A DNA stretch of 64,000 nucleotides from an uncultured bacterium (GTDB taxonomy: Bacteria > Patescibacteriota > Minisyncoccia > Phycocordibacterales > Phycocordibacteraceae). Shown here piece by piece: positions 18,855 to 26,576 of the stretch (positions are counted from its first letter, which is position 1; every line of letters begins with the position of its first letter). Where the stretch lies: positions 87,368-151,367 of the forward strand of contig CAIJZI010000006.1 of the NCBI GenBank assembly GCA_903825105.1, written 5' to 3'. Made by a program: the position numbers and the translations under genes. The notes under the pieces are model-generated. The model was not told the DNA's origin. It was given only the letters and a program-made list of their open reading frames with translations, and made no database searches.

Positions 18855-20231
18855 TTAACGGTCTTGGATGAAGGTGAGTGCGATACCCTTCTGCGAAGCA
18901 CGGCCAGTACGACCAACGCGATGGATGTAATCCTCGTAGGTTGACGGAAGGTCGTAGTTAATTACATGCGACACAGCGGGGATATCGAGGCCACGCGCCG
19001 CGACATCGGTCGCGACGAGCGCGACTACCTGTCCTGTTTTAAACGCCTCGAGCGCTCGAATACGGGCATTGTAGGTCTTGTTACCGTGGATAGACTCGGC
19101 GTGGATGTGCCTGCGCGAGAGATCTTTGGCGAGTCGCTCGACACCGTGCTTCGTGCGGCCGAAGACGAGCACTTTATTGAATTCGCGATTCTGCATCAAT
19201 TCAACAAGCACCTCGAATTTCTCTTTGCCGCGCGGAATGCGCACGATATCTTGTTCAATATTTTTTGAAGTATCGCGCGTTCGTACCGAGATGACCATCG
19301 GATTATGAAGGAAGTCGCCGATGAGTTTCTCTACACCTTTTTCCATCGTTGCACAGAAGAAAAGGGTTTGACGATTTTCTTTACGCATCTTGCCGAGGAT
19401 AAATCGCATATCGTCGATGAAGCCCATGTCCATCATTCGATCGGCTTCGTCGAGAACGACATTGCTAAAGGTCGAGAGATCGAGAGCCTTGCGCTCCATC
19501 AAGTCCTTCATTCGCCCTGGTGTACCGATAACGAATGCTGGGTTGTGCTTAAGTGCTGATATTTGTGGCCCGATATTGGTACCACCAACAGCGACCATAC
19601 CGCGGAAGCCGAGACCCTTCGCGAATCCGGCGAGCTCCTTTTCGATCTGCACCGCGAGCTCACGCGTTGGTGCCATAATCAAGACTTTTTCATCCTTCTG
19701 CTTCACGACTTTGTCGATAAGCGGAATAAGAAATGCTGCCGTCTTCCCTGTCCCTGTCTCTGCGAGACCGACGATGTCGTGCCCCAAAAGAGCGTGCGGG
19801 ATCGTTTTATCCTGAATCGGAGTCGGCGTTGTGTAGCCGTGCGCGAGGATATTCTTTTTCAAATGTTCATTGATGTTGAAATCTGAAAAAGCGTTTTCTG
19901 GAACGAAGACTTCTTCCTTCGTTGTGACGACCGCATTGTTTTTAAACTTCGCGATCTCCGATTCTATCGTACCGAATGAGCCGAAGCCCTTGCCGCGCGG
20001 CGGGTATTTGCTTCGCATTGGTGCGCGGCCATACGGACCACTGCTTCTCCCGAAGCGCGAAGGCTGTGGTCCTTGTGAAGAATAGCGTCTTCCTGCAGGA
20101 CCAGCTGCTGCTGGACGAGCCGAATAAGAAGACCCTGAATTTCTCGAGGTACCAGAAGATCTCGACGCTCTCGTCGAAGTTCCTGAATTTGAATTATTTG
20201 ATGTTTGATGATTCCAACGCCCTACTTGCAT
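18855..20231 (-). CDS. DEAD-box ATP-dependent RNA helicase with N-terminal Ser/Arg/Gly-rich low-complexity tail
   Basis: Q motif, Walker A (AETGTGKT), DEAD, HRVGRTGR; start taken at ATG 20231 (the longer ORF begins with TTG). Confidence 0.85.
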   Translation of the reverse strand: MQVGRWNHQTSNNSNSGTSTRASRSSGTSRNSGSSYSARPAAAGPAGRRYSSQGPQPSRFGRSSGPYGRAPMRSKYPPRGKGFGSFGTIESEIAKFKNNAVVTTKEEVFVPENAFSDFNINEHLKKNILAHGYTTPTPIQDKTIPHALLGHDIVGLAETGTGKTAAFLIPLIDKVVKQKDEKVLIMAPTRELAVQIEKELAGFAKGLGFRGMVAVGGTNIGPQISALKHNPAFVIGTPGRMKDLMERKALDLSTFSNVVLDEADRMMDMGFIDDMRFILGKMRKENRQTLFFCATMEKGVEKLIGDFLHNPMVISVRTRDTSKNIEQDIVRIPRGKEKFEVLVELMQNREFNKVLVFGRTKHGVERLAKDLSRRHIHAESIHGNKTYNARIRALEAFKTGQVVALVATDVAARGLDIPAVSHVINYDLPSTYEDYIHRVGRTGRASQKGIALTFIQDR

Positions 20232-20307
20232 AATGTGTGTAGCTAAATAAATAAAAGAAAACAAAGCGCGATTACGCGTTGTTTATGGTCCTGTTCACTT
20301 TCCGAAA

Positions 20308-20625
20308 TTAAGAAATGGAGTCGATTTGAACCTTGAGAACTGGTTGACGATGGCCATTGCGCTTAAAGTAGCGGCTTTTTGGCTTATACTTCACCACTTC
20401 AATTTTCTTTGCTTTTCCGGCGAGAACAACGGTGCCCTTGACCTCCGCGCCCTTAATAGTTGGCGCGCCGATGGTCGTGTCCGAGCCGTTGTCGACGAGG
20501 AGCACCTCGTTAAAGACAACTGTGTCACCCTTCTTCAAATCCCCGGGCAATTTCTCAATCGCAATGGTGTCGCCCTTAGAGACGACATACTGCTTCCCGC
20601 CGGTTTTGATTACAGCCACTTCCAT
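20308..20625 (-). CDS. rplU: 50S ribosomal protein L21
   Basis: MEVAVIKTGGKQYVVSKGD conserved L21 N-terminus. Confidence 0.9.
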   Translation of the reverse strand: MEVAVIKTGGKQYVVSKGDTIAIEKLPGDLKKGDTVVFNEVLLVDNGSDTTIGAPTIKGAEVKGTVVLAGKAKKIEVVKYKPKSRYFKRNGHRQPVLKVQIDSIS

Positions 20626-20712
20626 GTGGCTTTAATCTAGCACGGTTGATTATAAAGCGCAAGGGTGGTAGATTTACCGCGGATTTGTTACTTCAACCAA
20701 GGAGGTTGAGTC

Positions 20713-21282
20713 ATGGGTTTTGTAATTAACGAGCTTAACAAAATGGATAAGCGCGAACTTCTGCATTCGCTGCCAGGATTATTCCTTGCATATTTTGCCG
20801 AATTCGCAATAGCGGTTCACCAAGGAACCGGCCTGCCAATGATCGGGATCTTCAAAGATGGTGTGCTACAGCATGTGGCAATCGAGTGCCCAGACGGAAG
20901 AATGTTTGACGCTCGCGGATTTGTAGAGACATCATCGAAAAGATTCTTGGAAAAATGGCTAACCGACGGTGTCGAGCTGACTCTTACGCCGGTAACTGAA
21001 GCCAAACTCCGCGCCATTCGAGTCGTTGACAAAGACGGTTACAGAGTCGAGCAAGCAAGAGTCAGCGCTGAGATTCTGTTTCCAGAATTACCATGGAAAA
21101 ATGGCGGCGACCTCAAGCGAGTACACGGCTTCCTGGGCAATCTGCAGCATCTCTTCCTTAAATACGGTGTGAAAGTTGAAGTCCCTTTCGAGATCTCAAT
21201 TCAAACAGATGAGGAGATGGGGCGACCGAACATGTACGCAATTCATCCCTCGGTTACGCGCTACAAAATTCTGAGCGAGTAA
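20713..21282 (+). CDS. hypothetical protein
   Basis: 189-aa ORF with upstream AAGGAGG RBS; no recognisable motif. Confidence 0.5.
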   Translation: MGFVINELNKMDKRELLHSLPGLFLAYFAEFAIAVHQGTGLPMIGIFKDGVLQHVAIECPDGRMFDARGFVETSSKRFLEKWLTDGVELTLTPVTEAKLRAIRVVDKDGYRVEQARVSAEILFPELPWKNGGDLKRVHGFLGNLQHLFLKYGVKVEVPFEISIQTDEEMGRPNMYAIHPSVTRYKILSE

Positions 21283-21293
21283 CCCAAATTCGA

Positions 21294-21323
21294 AGGCCGG
21301 CGCTTACGCGTCGGCCTTTTTGT
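21294..21323 (+). terminator. rho-independent terminator (copy A of a duplicated terminator sequence)
   Basis: aggccggcg-ctta-cgcgtcggcct then TTTTTGT; close copy at 22406..22437. Confidence 0.75.
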
Positions 21324-21343
21324 ATAAATTACCTTCTTCTCGT

Positions 21344-21372
21344 GCCGGGACGAATCCTGATGTTCGTCCGGC
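21344..21372. repeat. 11-bp-stem hairpin gccgggacgaa-tcctgatg-ttcgtccggc
   Basis: Perfect inverted repeat in a 450-bp non-coding stretch. Confidence 0.6.
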
Positions 21373-21651
21373 GGCGAAGGAATGATCTTCGTAGGATGTA
21401 GTAATTAGTCGGCAGCCAGCGAATGGCCGCCGATAGGAGCTTCTTTTTGTTGTCGCAGCCCGCGACTTCAAGAACCGGCGAGATCTTCGCCAAATCGAAG
21501 CCTATGTCGGCTTTTGGTTCAGTCACATCGATGCTTTTACCTAACGGTAAAGCGCCCAACACTGCTGCCAACCGAACGATTACTCGCATCTCCCCTTCCT
21601 TTCTATTCCGCTATTACTTTACCAAAAATCAGCATCCTGTCCATAACATTT

Positions 21652-21672
21652 TGCCGACACTAGGTGTCGGCA
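21652..21672. repeat. palindrome TGCCGACAC-TAG-GTGTCGGCA
   Basis: Perfect 9-bp arms. Confidence 0.6.
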
Positions 21673-21708
21673 TCGACAACTTAGGTGTCTCGCCGCTAAA
21701 TAAATTCT

Positions 21709-21731
21709 AGTGAGAGCCTAAAGCTCTCACT
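21709..21731. repeat. hairpin AGTGAGAGC-CTAAA-GCTCTCACT (copy 1), abutting the relE stop
   Basis: 9-bp stem; second copy at 22362..22392. Confidence 0.8.
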
Positions 21732-21740
21732 ACCCGCGTT

Positions 21741-21998
21741 TCATTTATAAGCATCTTTACGATGTCTGATTCTATAAACGATAATCATCTCCCCTTCAAA
21801 TTCAAAAAGCACACGATAGCTACCTAACCGCAGTCGGTATCCAGTAAATGGTGTTTGGACTTTTCTGACATGAAACTTGGGATCAAACGGATCGATGCAG
21901 AAATTCCCATTAAGTAATCCTCGAACTTTTTGTTGCACATCTCTCGGCAGATGTTTGTACTCTCGTTCAGCAGCAGAAGTGAGAGTTACGCGAGCCAT
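21741..21998 (-). CDS. type II toxin, RelE/ParE family
   Basis: 85 aa; YRLRLGSYRVLFEFEGEMIIVYRIRHRKDAY is a canonical RelE/ParE C-terminus; directly downstream of the antitoxin. Confidence 0.85.
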   Translation of the reverse strand: MARVTLTSAAEREYKHLPRDVQQKVRGLLNGNFCIDPFDPKFHVRKVQTPFTGYRLRLGSYRVLFEFEGEMIIVYRIRHRKDAYK

Positions 21999-22000
21999 TT

Positions 22001-22276
22001 TTAATGAACGCTATCTCGTACTTTTTCCCAAGGGATAAACTTCTTGCCTTTATTTTCTTTAATGAGCCGAGCGAGCGTACGCCCAGCTTGTTCGTCTTCC
22101 CAAAGTTCCATAAGCTCGTTATACGCATCGGCGCCAAGCACCACATAGCTCTCGCCGCCCTTTCGGTCAGAGATAATGAGCGGATGCTTCTTGGCTTTCG
22201 CGAGATTGCTCGCGAGCTCGGCTCTAAAACCGCTTATGCCGATTGTTTTAGGCACTTTTGTGAATATTGTATTCAT
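22001..22276 (-). CDS. type II antitoxin, Phd/YefM family
   Basis: 91 aa; Phd/YefM-like N-terminus; 2-nt gap to the toxin. Confidence 0.8.
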   Translation of the reverse strand: MNTIFTKVPKTIGISGFRAELASNLAKAKKHPLIISDRKGGESYVVLGADAYNELMELWEDEQAGRTLARLIKENKGKKFIPWEKVRDSVH

Positions 22277-22282
22277 ATTTCT

Positions 22283-22311
22283 ATTGTACGCGTATGTGTA
22301 CAGATATGCAA
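22283..22311 (-). promoter_or_regulatory. sigma-70-like promoter of the phd-relE operon (TTGCAT-17-TACAAT), leaderless
   Basis: On the minus strand: TTGCAT, 17-nt spacer, TACAAT, then 6 nt to the ATG. Confidence 0.6.
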
Positions 22312-22337
22312 CTACCCTTGTGGATAATTTTACATTT

Positions 22338-22358
22338 TACCGAAGTCAGACTTCGGTA
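22338..22358. repeat. palindrome TACCGAAGTC-T-GACTTCGGTA upstream of the TA promoter (member of the TACCGAA..TTCGGTA family)
   Basis: 10-bp perfect arms; related copies at 40868..40883 and 41126..41141. Confidence 0.8.
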
Positions 22359-22361
22359 TTT

Positions 22362-22392
22362 AGTGAGAGCTTGAGAGCCTAAAGCTCTCACT
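22362..22392. repeat. hairpin AGTGAGAGC(TTGAGAGC)CTAAAGCTCTCACT (copy 2, with internal 8-nt duplication)
   Basis: Copy of 21709..21731. Confidence 0.8.
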
Positions 22393-22405
22393 ACCAAAAA
22401 GTAAA

Positions 22406-22437
22406 AAGCCGACGCTCGCGCGTCGGCCTTTTTGTTT
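22406..22437. terminator. rho-independent terminator (copy B of the duplicated terminator), bidirectional
   Basis: aagccgacgc-tcgc-gcgtcggcc then TTTTTGTTTT; A-run on the other side. Confidence 0.75.
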
Positions 22438-22445
22438 TGGGAAGG

Positions 22446-22688
22446 TCAGACCTTCCCATTTCCCGGCTTCTCTTCGGTGTTGACTACATATCGTGAAGGC
22501 TCCGGGAAACCCCCTCTAAATTCAACCGACAAAATGGCCATTCCCGTTACACTAAGATTGCCGTTGGTTGCTTTGAAGGCGGCCAATGCTTCAGGAAACA
22601 ACTGCGACACAAACTGTCCTTCGAATTGTTTCCGAAAAACAAAAACGCCGTGCCCCAAACCTTCAACTACAAGATGGCCATACTCCAT
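22446..22688 (-). CDS. hypothetical small protein
   Basis: 80-aa ORF; no motif recognised; weak. Confidence 0.3.
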   Translation of the reverse strand: MEYGHLVVEGLGHGVFVFRKQFEGQFVSQLFPEALAAFKATNGNLSVTGMAILSVEFRGGFPEPSRYVVNTEEKPGNGKV

Positions 22689-22696
22689 AAGATACC

Positions 22697-22802
22697 TCCT
22701 GTACCTCTGGCAATACTATATACTATCCTGCGACGGTTTGTCAAGCAGTTCCGGCTCGATGCCGATTTTAGAGTCGGCGATGCGGTACACATCTTTATCT
22801 AT
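22697..22802 (-). pseudogene. displaced, diverged duplicate of the rmuC 3' terminus (about 32 codons)
   Basis: Minus-strand translation QKELGKIDKDVYRIADSKIGIEPELLDKPSQDSI*, against the rmuC C-terminus HKELAKIDKDVYRITEEKVGVEPLLLEKPIIHEE*. Confidence 0.7.
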
Positions 22803-23158
22803 TTTCCCGAGTTCTTTTTGAGATATTCCTTAACTGGATCTGCAACAGTATTTTCGTTTATACCATTCTCTTTACAATATGATGATTTTTGAAGCCAATC
22901 CCACAATTTCTTTTTTCCTCTACTCGAGTTACAACTCCCGCAACATATTGCCAAATCTTCTTTTTCTAAACCAGTTCTTAAACCTTTTTCTGTCCAATAA
23001 AATGGCTTAACTTCCCTCAAGTGTTCAATTGTAGCTGAATGTTTTCTATTACTACTTTGCCAAGGATAAATCATTGGGTTGTTGCAATACACGCACTTCG
23101 TATCCCTATTTCTGATTTCTGCTTCAACATCTTCAGGAATACGAAATTTATTGGACAT
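22799..23158 (-). CDS. HNH endonuclease
   Basis: CVYCNNPM ... HSATIEHL ... CCGSCNSSRG (C-x2-C / H / C-x2-C-N HNH core); start taken at the internal ATG 23158 to avoid overlap. Confidence 0.7.
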   Translation of the reverse strand: MSNKFRIPEDVEAEIRNRDTKCVYCNNPMIYPWQSSNRKHSATIEHLREVKPFYWTEKGLRTGLEKEDLAICCGSCNSSRGKKKLWDWLQKSSYCKENGINENTVADPVKEYLKKNSGK

Positions 23159-23162
23159 AAAA

Positions 23163-23474
23163 TTATTTTTTATCTTCTGGTAATCTGCCTTCCTTCTCCA
23201 TTCGCTCATAAGTGTCTGCCTCGAGACAGCGATTTATTATATTGCTTATATGCCAGTATGAGTGTCCTTCGTAGTCATAATACATCTGCTTAGTTGTATA
23301 GAAATATGATTCGTAACCAAAAGTATCGATGTGATGCGCTAAAGCCAAAAATAATTCATTATCTACATTTTCCTGCACGATATATTCGTGTGGCCATGTC
23401 GTCTCATATGTTTTTGCAAAAATCCAGTTGCAATCTTTTATGAATTTCTTTAATTGTTCAGAGAGTTCGTTCAT
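23163..23474 (-). CDS. hypothetical protein in the HNH cassette, translationally coupled to rmuC
   Basis: 103 aa; the ATG lies 4 nt after the rmuC stop; family not recognised. Confidence 0.5.
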   Translation of the reverse strand: MNELSEQLKKFIKDCNWIFAKTYETTWPHEYIVQENVDNELFLALAHHIDTFGYESYFYTTKQMYYDYEGHSYWHISNIINRCLEADTYERMEKEGRLPEDKK

Positions 23475-23477
23475 TTA

Positions 23478-24521
23478 CTATTCTTCGTGAATAATCGGCT
23501 TTTCAAGCAAGAGAGGCTCAACCCCCACTTTTTCTTCTGTTATTCGATATACATCCTTATCTATTTTGGCGAGTTCTTTATGCCCGGCGTTAAAATGAGA
23601 CACAACCGTTCCAAGTGCGTTCCCTAATTTCAGATAAAAAGTATTGGTTGTTTCAATATGTTTAACAAGCTCTCCCACGCGCTTCTGAATTTCTTCGGCA
23701 CGCTCTTCGATCTTCATTGCGTTCAACCCAAGCAGAACGGTCTGAAGGTAGGCGAGGAATGAAGTTGGCGAAACGATGATCACTTTATATTTAGACGCAG
23801 CGCGTTGGAGCAGATTATCTTCTTCGGACGCGCCAACCTGATTCGTCAGCAGATCATAATAAATCCCTTCAGACGGGATAAACATAAAAGCGAAGTCCAT
23901 CGTCCCCTCTTCAGGGCGAATGTATTTCGCCGTTTCGGTGATGCGCATCTTAAGGTCATTCACAAAGGCTTTTTCAAATGCGGGCTTCTCGCTCTCGTCG
24001 GCGTGCACTAAGCGATTATAATTTTCAAGCGAAAACTTAGAATCAATCGGTACTATCTTATTATTTACAAAAACGACCGCGTCTACTATCTCGCCGTTCT
24101 TGAATGGGTATTGGATCTGATAACCGTCTGGAGGCAGAACATTCTTGAGTGTTGTTTCCAAATAATATTCACCGAGAATACCTCGTTGTTTTGGATTCTT
24201 CAGAATGTCTTGTAGACCCTTCAGTTGTTCAGCGAAGCCTTGTGTCTGCCGACCAATCTCTTTGACCGAAGTGACCTCTTGAGTAATCTCTTTAATCAGG
24301 CGATTCGATTCTGAAAATTGGCGATGCGTTGTCTCTTGCATCGTTCGCGACGACTCGGCGACGCGTGCGTCGAGCGTCCGAGTGAGCTCCTGCATCTGCT
24401 GTTGAAGCAAAAGAATTCCAGCATTATCTTCTTTTCCCTCTTTCGACAAATCGCGTTTTTGTAACAAAAAATACATAAGAACGACAACGGCGATAGCGAG
24501 AAGTATGACGGCAATATTCAT
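23478..24521 (-). CDS. rmuC: DNA recombination protein RmuC
   Basis: N-terminal TM, long coiled coil, C-terminal RmuC block (FAFMFIPSEGIYYDLL). Confidence 0.8.
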   Translation of the reverse strand: MNIAVILLAIAVVVLMYFLLQKRDLSKEGKEDNAGILLLQQQMQELTRTLDARVAESSRTMQETTHRQFSESNRLIKEITQEVTSVKEIGRQTQGFAEQLKGLQDILKNPKQRGILGEYYLETTLKNVLPPDGYQIQYPFKNGEIVDAVVFVNNKIVPIDSKFSLENYNRLVHADESEKPAFEKAFVNDLKMRITETAKYIRPEEGTMDFAFMFIPSEGIYYDLLTNQVGASEEDNLLQRAASKYKVIIVSPTSFLAYLQTVLLGLNAMKIEERAEEIQKRVGELVKHIETTNTFYLKLGNALGTVVSHFNAGHKELAKIDKDVYRITEEKVGVEPLLLEKPIIHEE

Positions 24522-24559
24522 ATATTCATTAGTATAGCGCGTTTATTTATTGTGATAAA

Positions 24560-25024
24560 ATGACAAGCATGACTATCCACGAAACATTAAAACAATCAAT
24601 CCCTGAGGCGCTTCGCGCACACGACGAGGTGAAGCTCCGCACGCTTCGCTCGCTCGTAACGATGATGGTGAACGAGGTCGTCGCCAAGAAGCGTAAGCCA
24701 GACGAATTCCTCACCGACGAAGAAGCCTTGGCAGTGATTAAACGAGCGGCAAGCCAAAGAAAGGATTCTATCGAACAATTCGAGAAGGCCTCGCGCTCTG
24801 ACCTCGCCGCGCCCGAGAAGGCAGAGCTCGCGATTATTGAAGCGTATCTCCCGACAATGATGGCTCGCGAAGAGATCGAGAAGATAGCAAAGGCTAAAAT
24901 GGCAGAACTCGGCGTCTCTTCAAAAGCCGAAGCGGGTAAATTTACCGGTATGTTGATGAAAGAGCTGAAAGGTCAAGCCGACGGGGCTGATGTAAAGGCG
25001 GTTGTGGATAACTTGCTTTTTTAA
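24560..25024 (+). CDS. GatB/YqeY domain protein
   Basis: YLPTMMAREEIEKI...GKFTGMLMKELKGQADG typical YqeY sequence. Confidence 0.8.
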   Translation: MTSMTIHETLKQSIPEALRAHDEVKLRTLRSLVTMMVNEVVAKKRKPDEFLTDEEALAVIKRAASQRKDSIEQFEKASRSDLAAPEKAELAIIEAYLPTMMAREEIEKIAKAKMAELGVSSKAEAGKFTGMLMKELKGQADGADVKAVVDNLLF

Positions 25025-25075
25025 ACAGACTATGGTATAGTCCTAGATAGGACATTTGGTCCTTCGAGGTGAAGT

Positions 25076-25309
25076 GTGCGGGAATTTGCTCAAATTCAAG
25101 AAGCCATTTTCGGTCACGATACTGCCACTCTAATAGCAGCAGGTCGTAAGAGCGCTCAAATACGGCGCGAGAAAAAGGCGCGAGAACTGCGCATAAAAAA
25201 TGCGCAGATCGCCAGAGAAATGCTCGAAAGAGCAATTGAGTGTAACGAGCACATTCTCACCCCCGACGGCGAAGACGGTGTCTTCCCAGACGGAGTGATT
25301 CGGTATTAA
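25076..25309 (+). CDS. hypothetical small protein
   Basis: 77-aa ORF followed by a strong terminator. Confidence 0.35.
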   Translation: MREFAQIQEAIFGHDTATLIAAGRKSAQIRREKKARELRIKNAQIAREMLERAIECNEHILTPDGEDGVFPDGVIRY

Positions 25310-25319
25310 CGCGGGTAGC

Positions 25320-25360
25320 TACGACTGTTGTAGCTCCCGCGTTTTTGTTTCCCCGCTTCC
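25320..25360 (+). terminator. rho-independent terminator
   Basis: gcgggtagctac...gtagctcccgc then TTTTTGTTT. Confidence 0.75.
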
Positions 25361-25395
25361 CTCCTCTCTCTTTTTTTGTTATAAAACATATACAC

Positions 25396-25470
25396 GGCCT
25401 CATCGTCTAGCGGCTAGGACACATCCTTCTCAAGGATGGAACCGGGGTCCGATTCCCCGTGAGGTCACCA
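25396..25470 (+). tRNA. tRNA-Glu (anticodon CTC), CCA encoded
   Basis: Manual cloverleaf: acceptor ggcctca/tgaggtc, anticodon stem catcc/ggatg, loop ttCTCaa, T-arm cgggg-tccgatt-ccccg, 3' acca. Confidence 0.85.
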
Positions 25471-25496
25471 GATTTGTTCTATGTTAGGATTTAATT

Positions 25497-26066
25497 ATGA
25501 TGGATAAAGTCGATTGGTCTGAATGGTATGACCTGACACGAGCGAAGTCTCCAAGCAGGTTGCTCGTAGAAGCTCTCTCATATGTTAAAGATACGGGAAA
25601 AGTAATCGATATTGGTGGCGGTGCATTAAAAGATACTAGGTATCTTTTGCAAAAAGGATTTGATGTAACTGTCATTGATAACAGTCCTCTTTTGGAGAAA
25701 GAGGCTAGCGCAATTAATAATGAACGATTACATCCATTCGTTATTTCATTTGAGGATTTTCACTTCCCCATCAATGACTATGTTTTAGCATCGGCAATGC
25801 AGTGTTTATCTTATTGTGAGCCCGCACATTTTAGTCGCGTGATTATTGATATTAAATCCTCACTAAAAGAAGGCGGAATATTCTGTGGGCAGATATATGA
25901 TGAATATGACCAAAATTCAAAAAGTCTCCACAAAACATACAAAACTGCTGACGAGATAAGAGAATATTTAAAGGATATGGAGCTGATTTTGTTTAAAGAA
26001 GAAGAAACGGAGGAGGGCCGAACAAAACACTGGCGTATTTATAACTTTATCGCTCGAAAAAAATAG
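25497..26066 (+). CDS. class I SAM-dependent methyltransferase
   Basis: Motif I VIDIGGGALKDTRYLLQKGFDVTVIDNS. Confidence 0.65.
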   Translation: MMDKVDWSEWYDLTRAKSPSRLLVEALSYVKDTGKVIDIGGGALKDTRYLLQKGFDVTVIDNSPLLEKEASAINNERLHPFVISFEDFHFPINDYVLASAMQCLSYCEPAHFSRVIIDIKSSLKEGGIFCGQIYDEYDQNSKSLHKTYKTADEIREYLKDMELILFKEEETEEGRTKHWRIYNFIARKK

Positions 26067-26087
26067 TCCCGCTTGGATCATAAAATC

Positions 26088-26132
26088 GTTTGCATTTCTA
26101 TACAAAAGTTATATTCTTCAAGCGGAAGTTCT
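26088..26132 (+). promoter_or_regulatory. conserved upstream element (copy 1): GTTTGCATTTCTATACAAAAGTTATAT...CGGAAG
   Basis: 27-nt identical block shared with 26519..26562; includes a TTGCAT -35-like hexamer. Confidence 0.55.
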
Positions 26133-26153
26133 ATTTAATTTTTTGGAGGGACT

Positions 26154-26447
26154 ATGCCTGGACAAAGTGAGTTTACGATCGAGGAAGCTGCAGAACAACT
26201 TGGAATTAGTGCATCTGAGTTGAAGAAGCTGCAGGCCCTGGAAAAGGCTGGGAAACTGCCCAAGGAATATGCCGCCGTACATCAGACGGACTTGTATAAC
26301 GCTCTCCTGCGCAAAGTGCGAGTAAAACAGGACTTGAGTTTCAGAATCTGTGTACAAGCTCTCGAGAGGAAGCGGGGAGAGAAAGAAACGGCGAGAGATA
26401 TGGCCGTGTTTCTCTTAAGACTCCAGGAGGTTGTGCGCAATGTGTGA
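26154..26447 (+). CDS. hypothetical small protein (possible HTH)
   Basis: 97-aa ORF, GGAGGG RBS, own terminator. Confidence 0.5.
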   Translation: MPGQSEFTIEEAAEQLGISASELKKLQALEKAGKLPKEYAAVHQTDLYNALLRKVRVKQDLSFRICVQALERKRGEKETARDMAVFLLRLQEVVRNV

Positions 26448-26451
26448 TGCG

Positions 26452-26488
26452 CTGAAGAGGCGGCCTAACGGTCGCCTCTTTTATTTTA
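26452..26488 (+). terminator. rho-independent terminator
   Basis: gaagaggcggcc-taac-ggtcgcctctt then TTTATTTT. Confidence 0.75.
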
Positions 26489-26518
26489 TGTAGGGTTTCA
26501 GAAACCCCACATGAGAAT

Positions 26519-26562
26519 GTTTGCATTTCTATACAAAAGTTATATATTTCTCTCGGAAGCTC
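26519..26562 (+). promoter_or_regulatory. conserved upstream element (copy 2)
   Basis: Same 27-mer as 26088..26114. Confidence 0.55.
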
Positions 26563-26576
26563 TTAAGGAGAATGTG

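Noticed and set aside
21329-21589. 86-aa minus-strand ORF in the hairpin-rich stretch next to the TA cassette
   Set aside because: It has an RBS-like AGGAAGG, but the C-terminal third is an Arg-rich translation of a perfect 11-bp-stem hairpin and an antisense ORF of similar size overlaps it. I did not call it as a gene. It is mentioned only in the TA cassette finding.
25470-25500. att-like duplication of the tRNA-Glu 3' end
   Set aside because: I looked for a nearby repeat of the tRNA-Glu terminus, as seen for tRNA-Asn. None was evident by eye within the adjacent kilobase. A full search was not possible.
26511-26576. Upstream extension of the 26577 gene (ORF track start at 26511)
   Set aside because: The extension overlaps the conserved promoter element. 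The AAGGAG RBS sits 7 nt before ATG 26577, and a signal peptide begins there.
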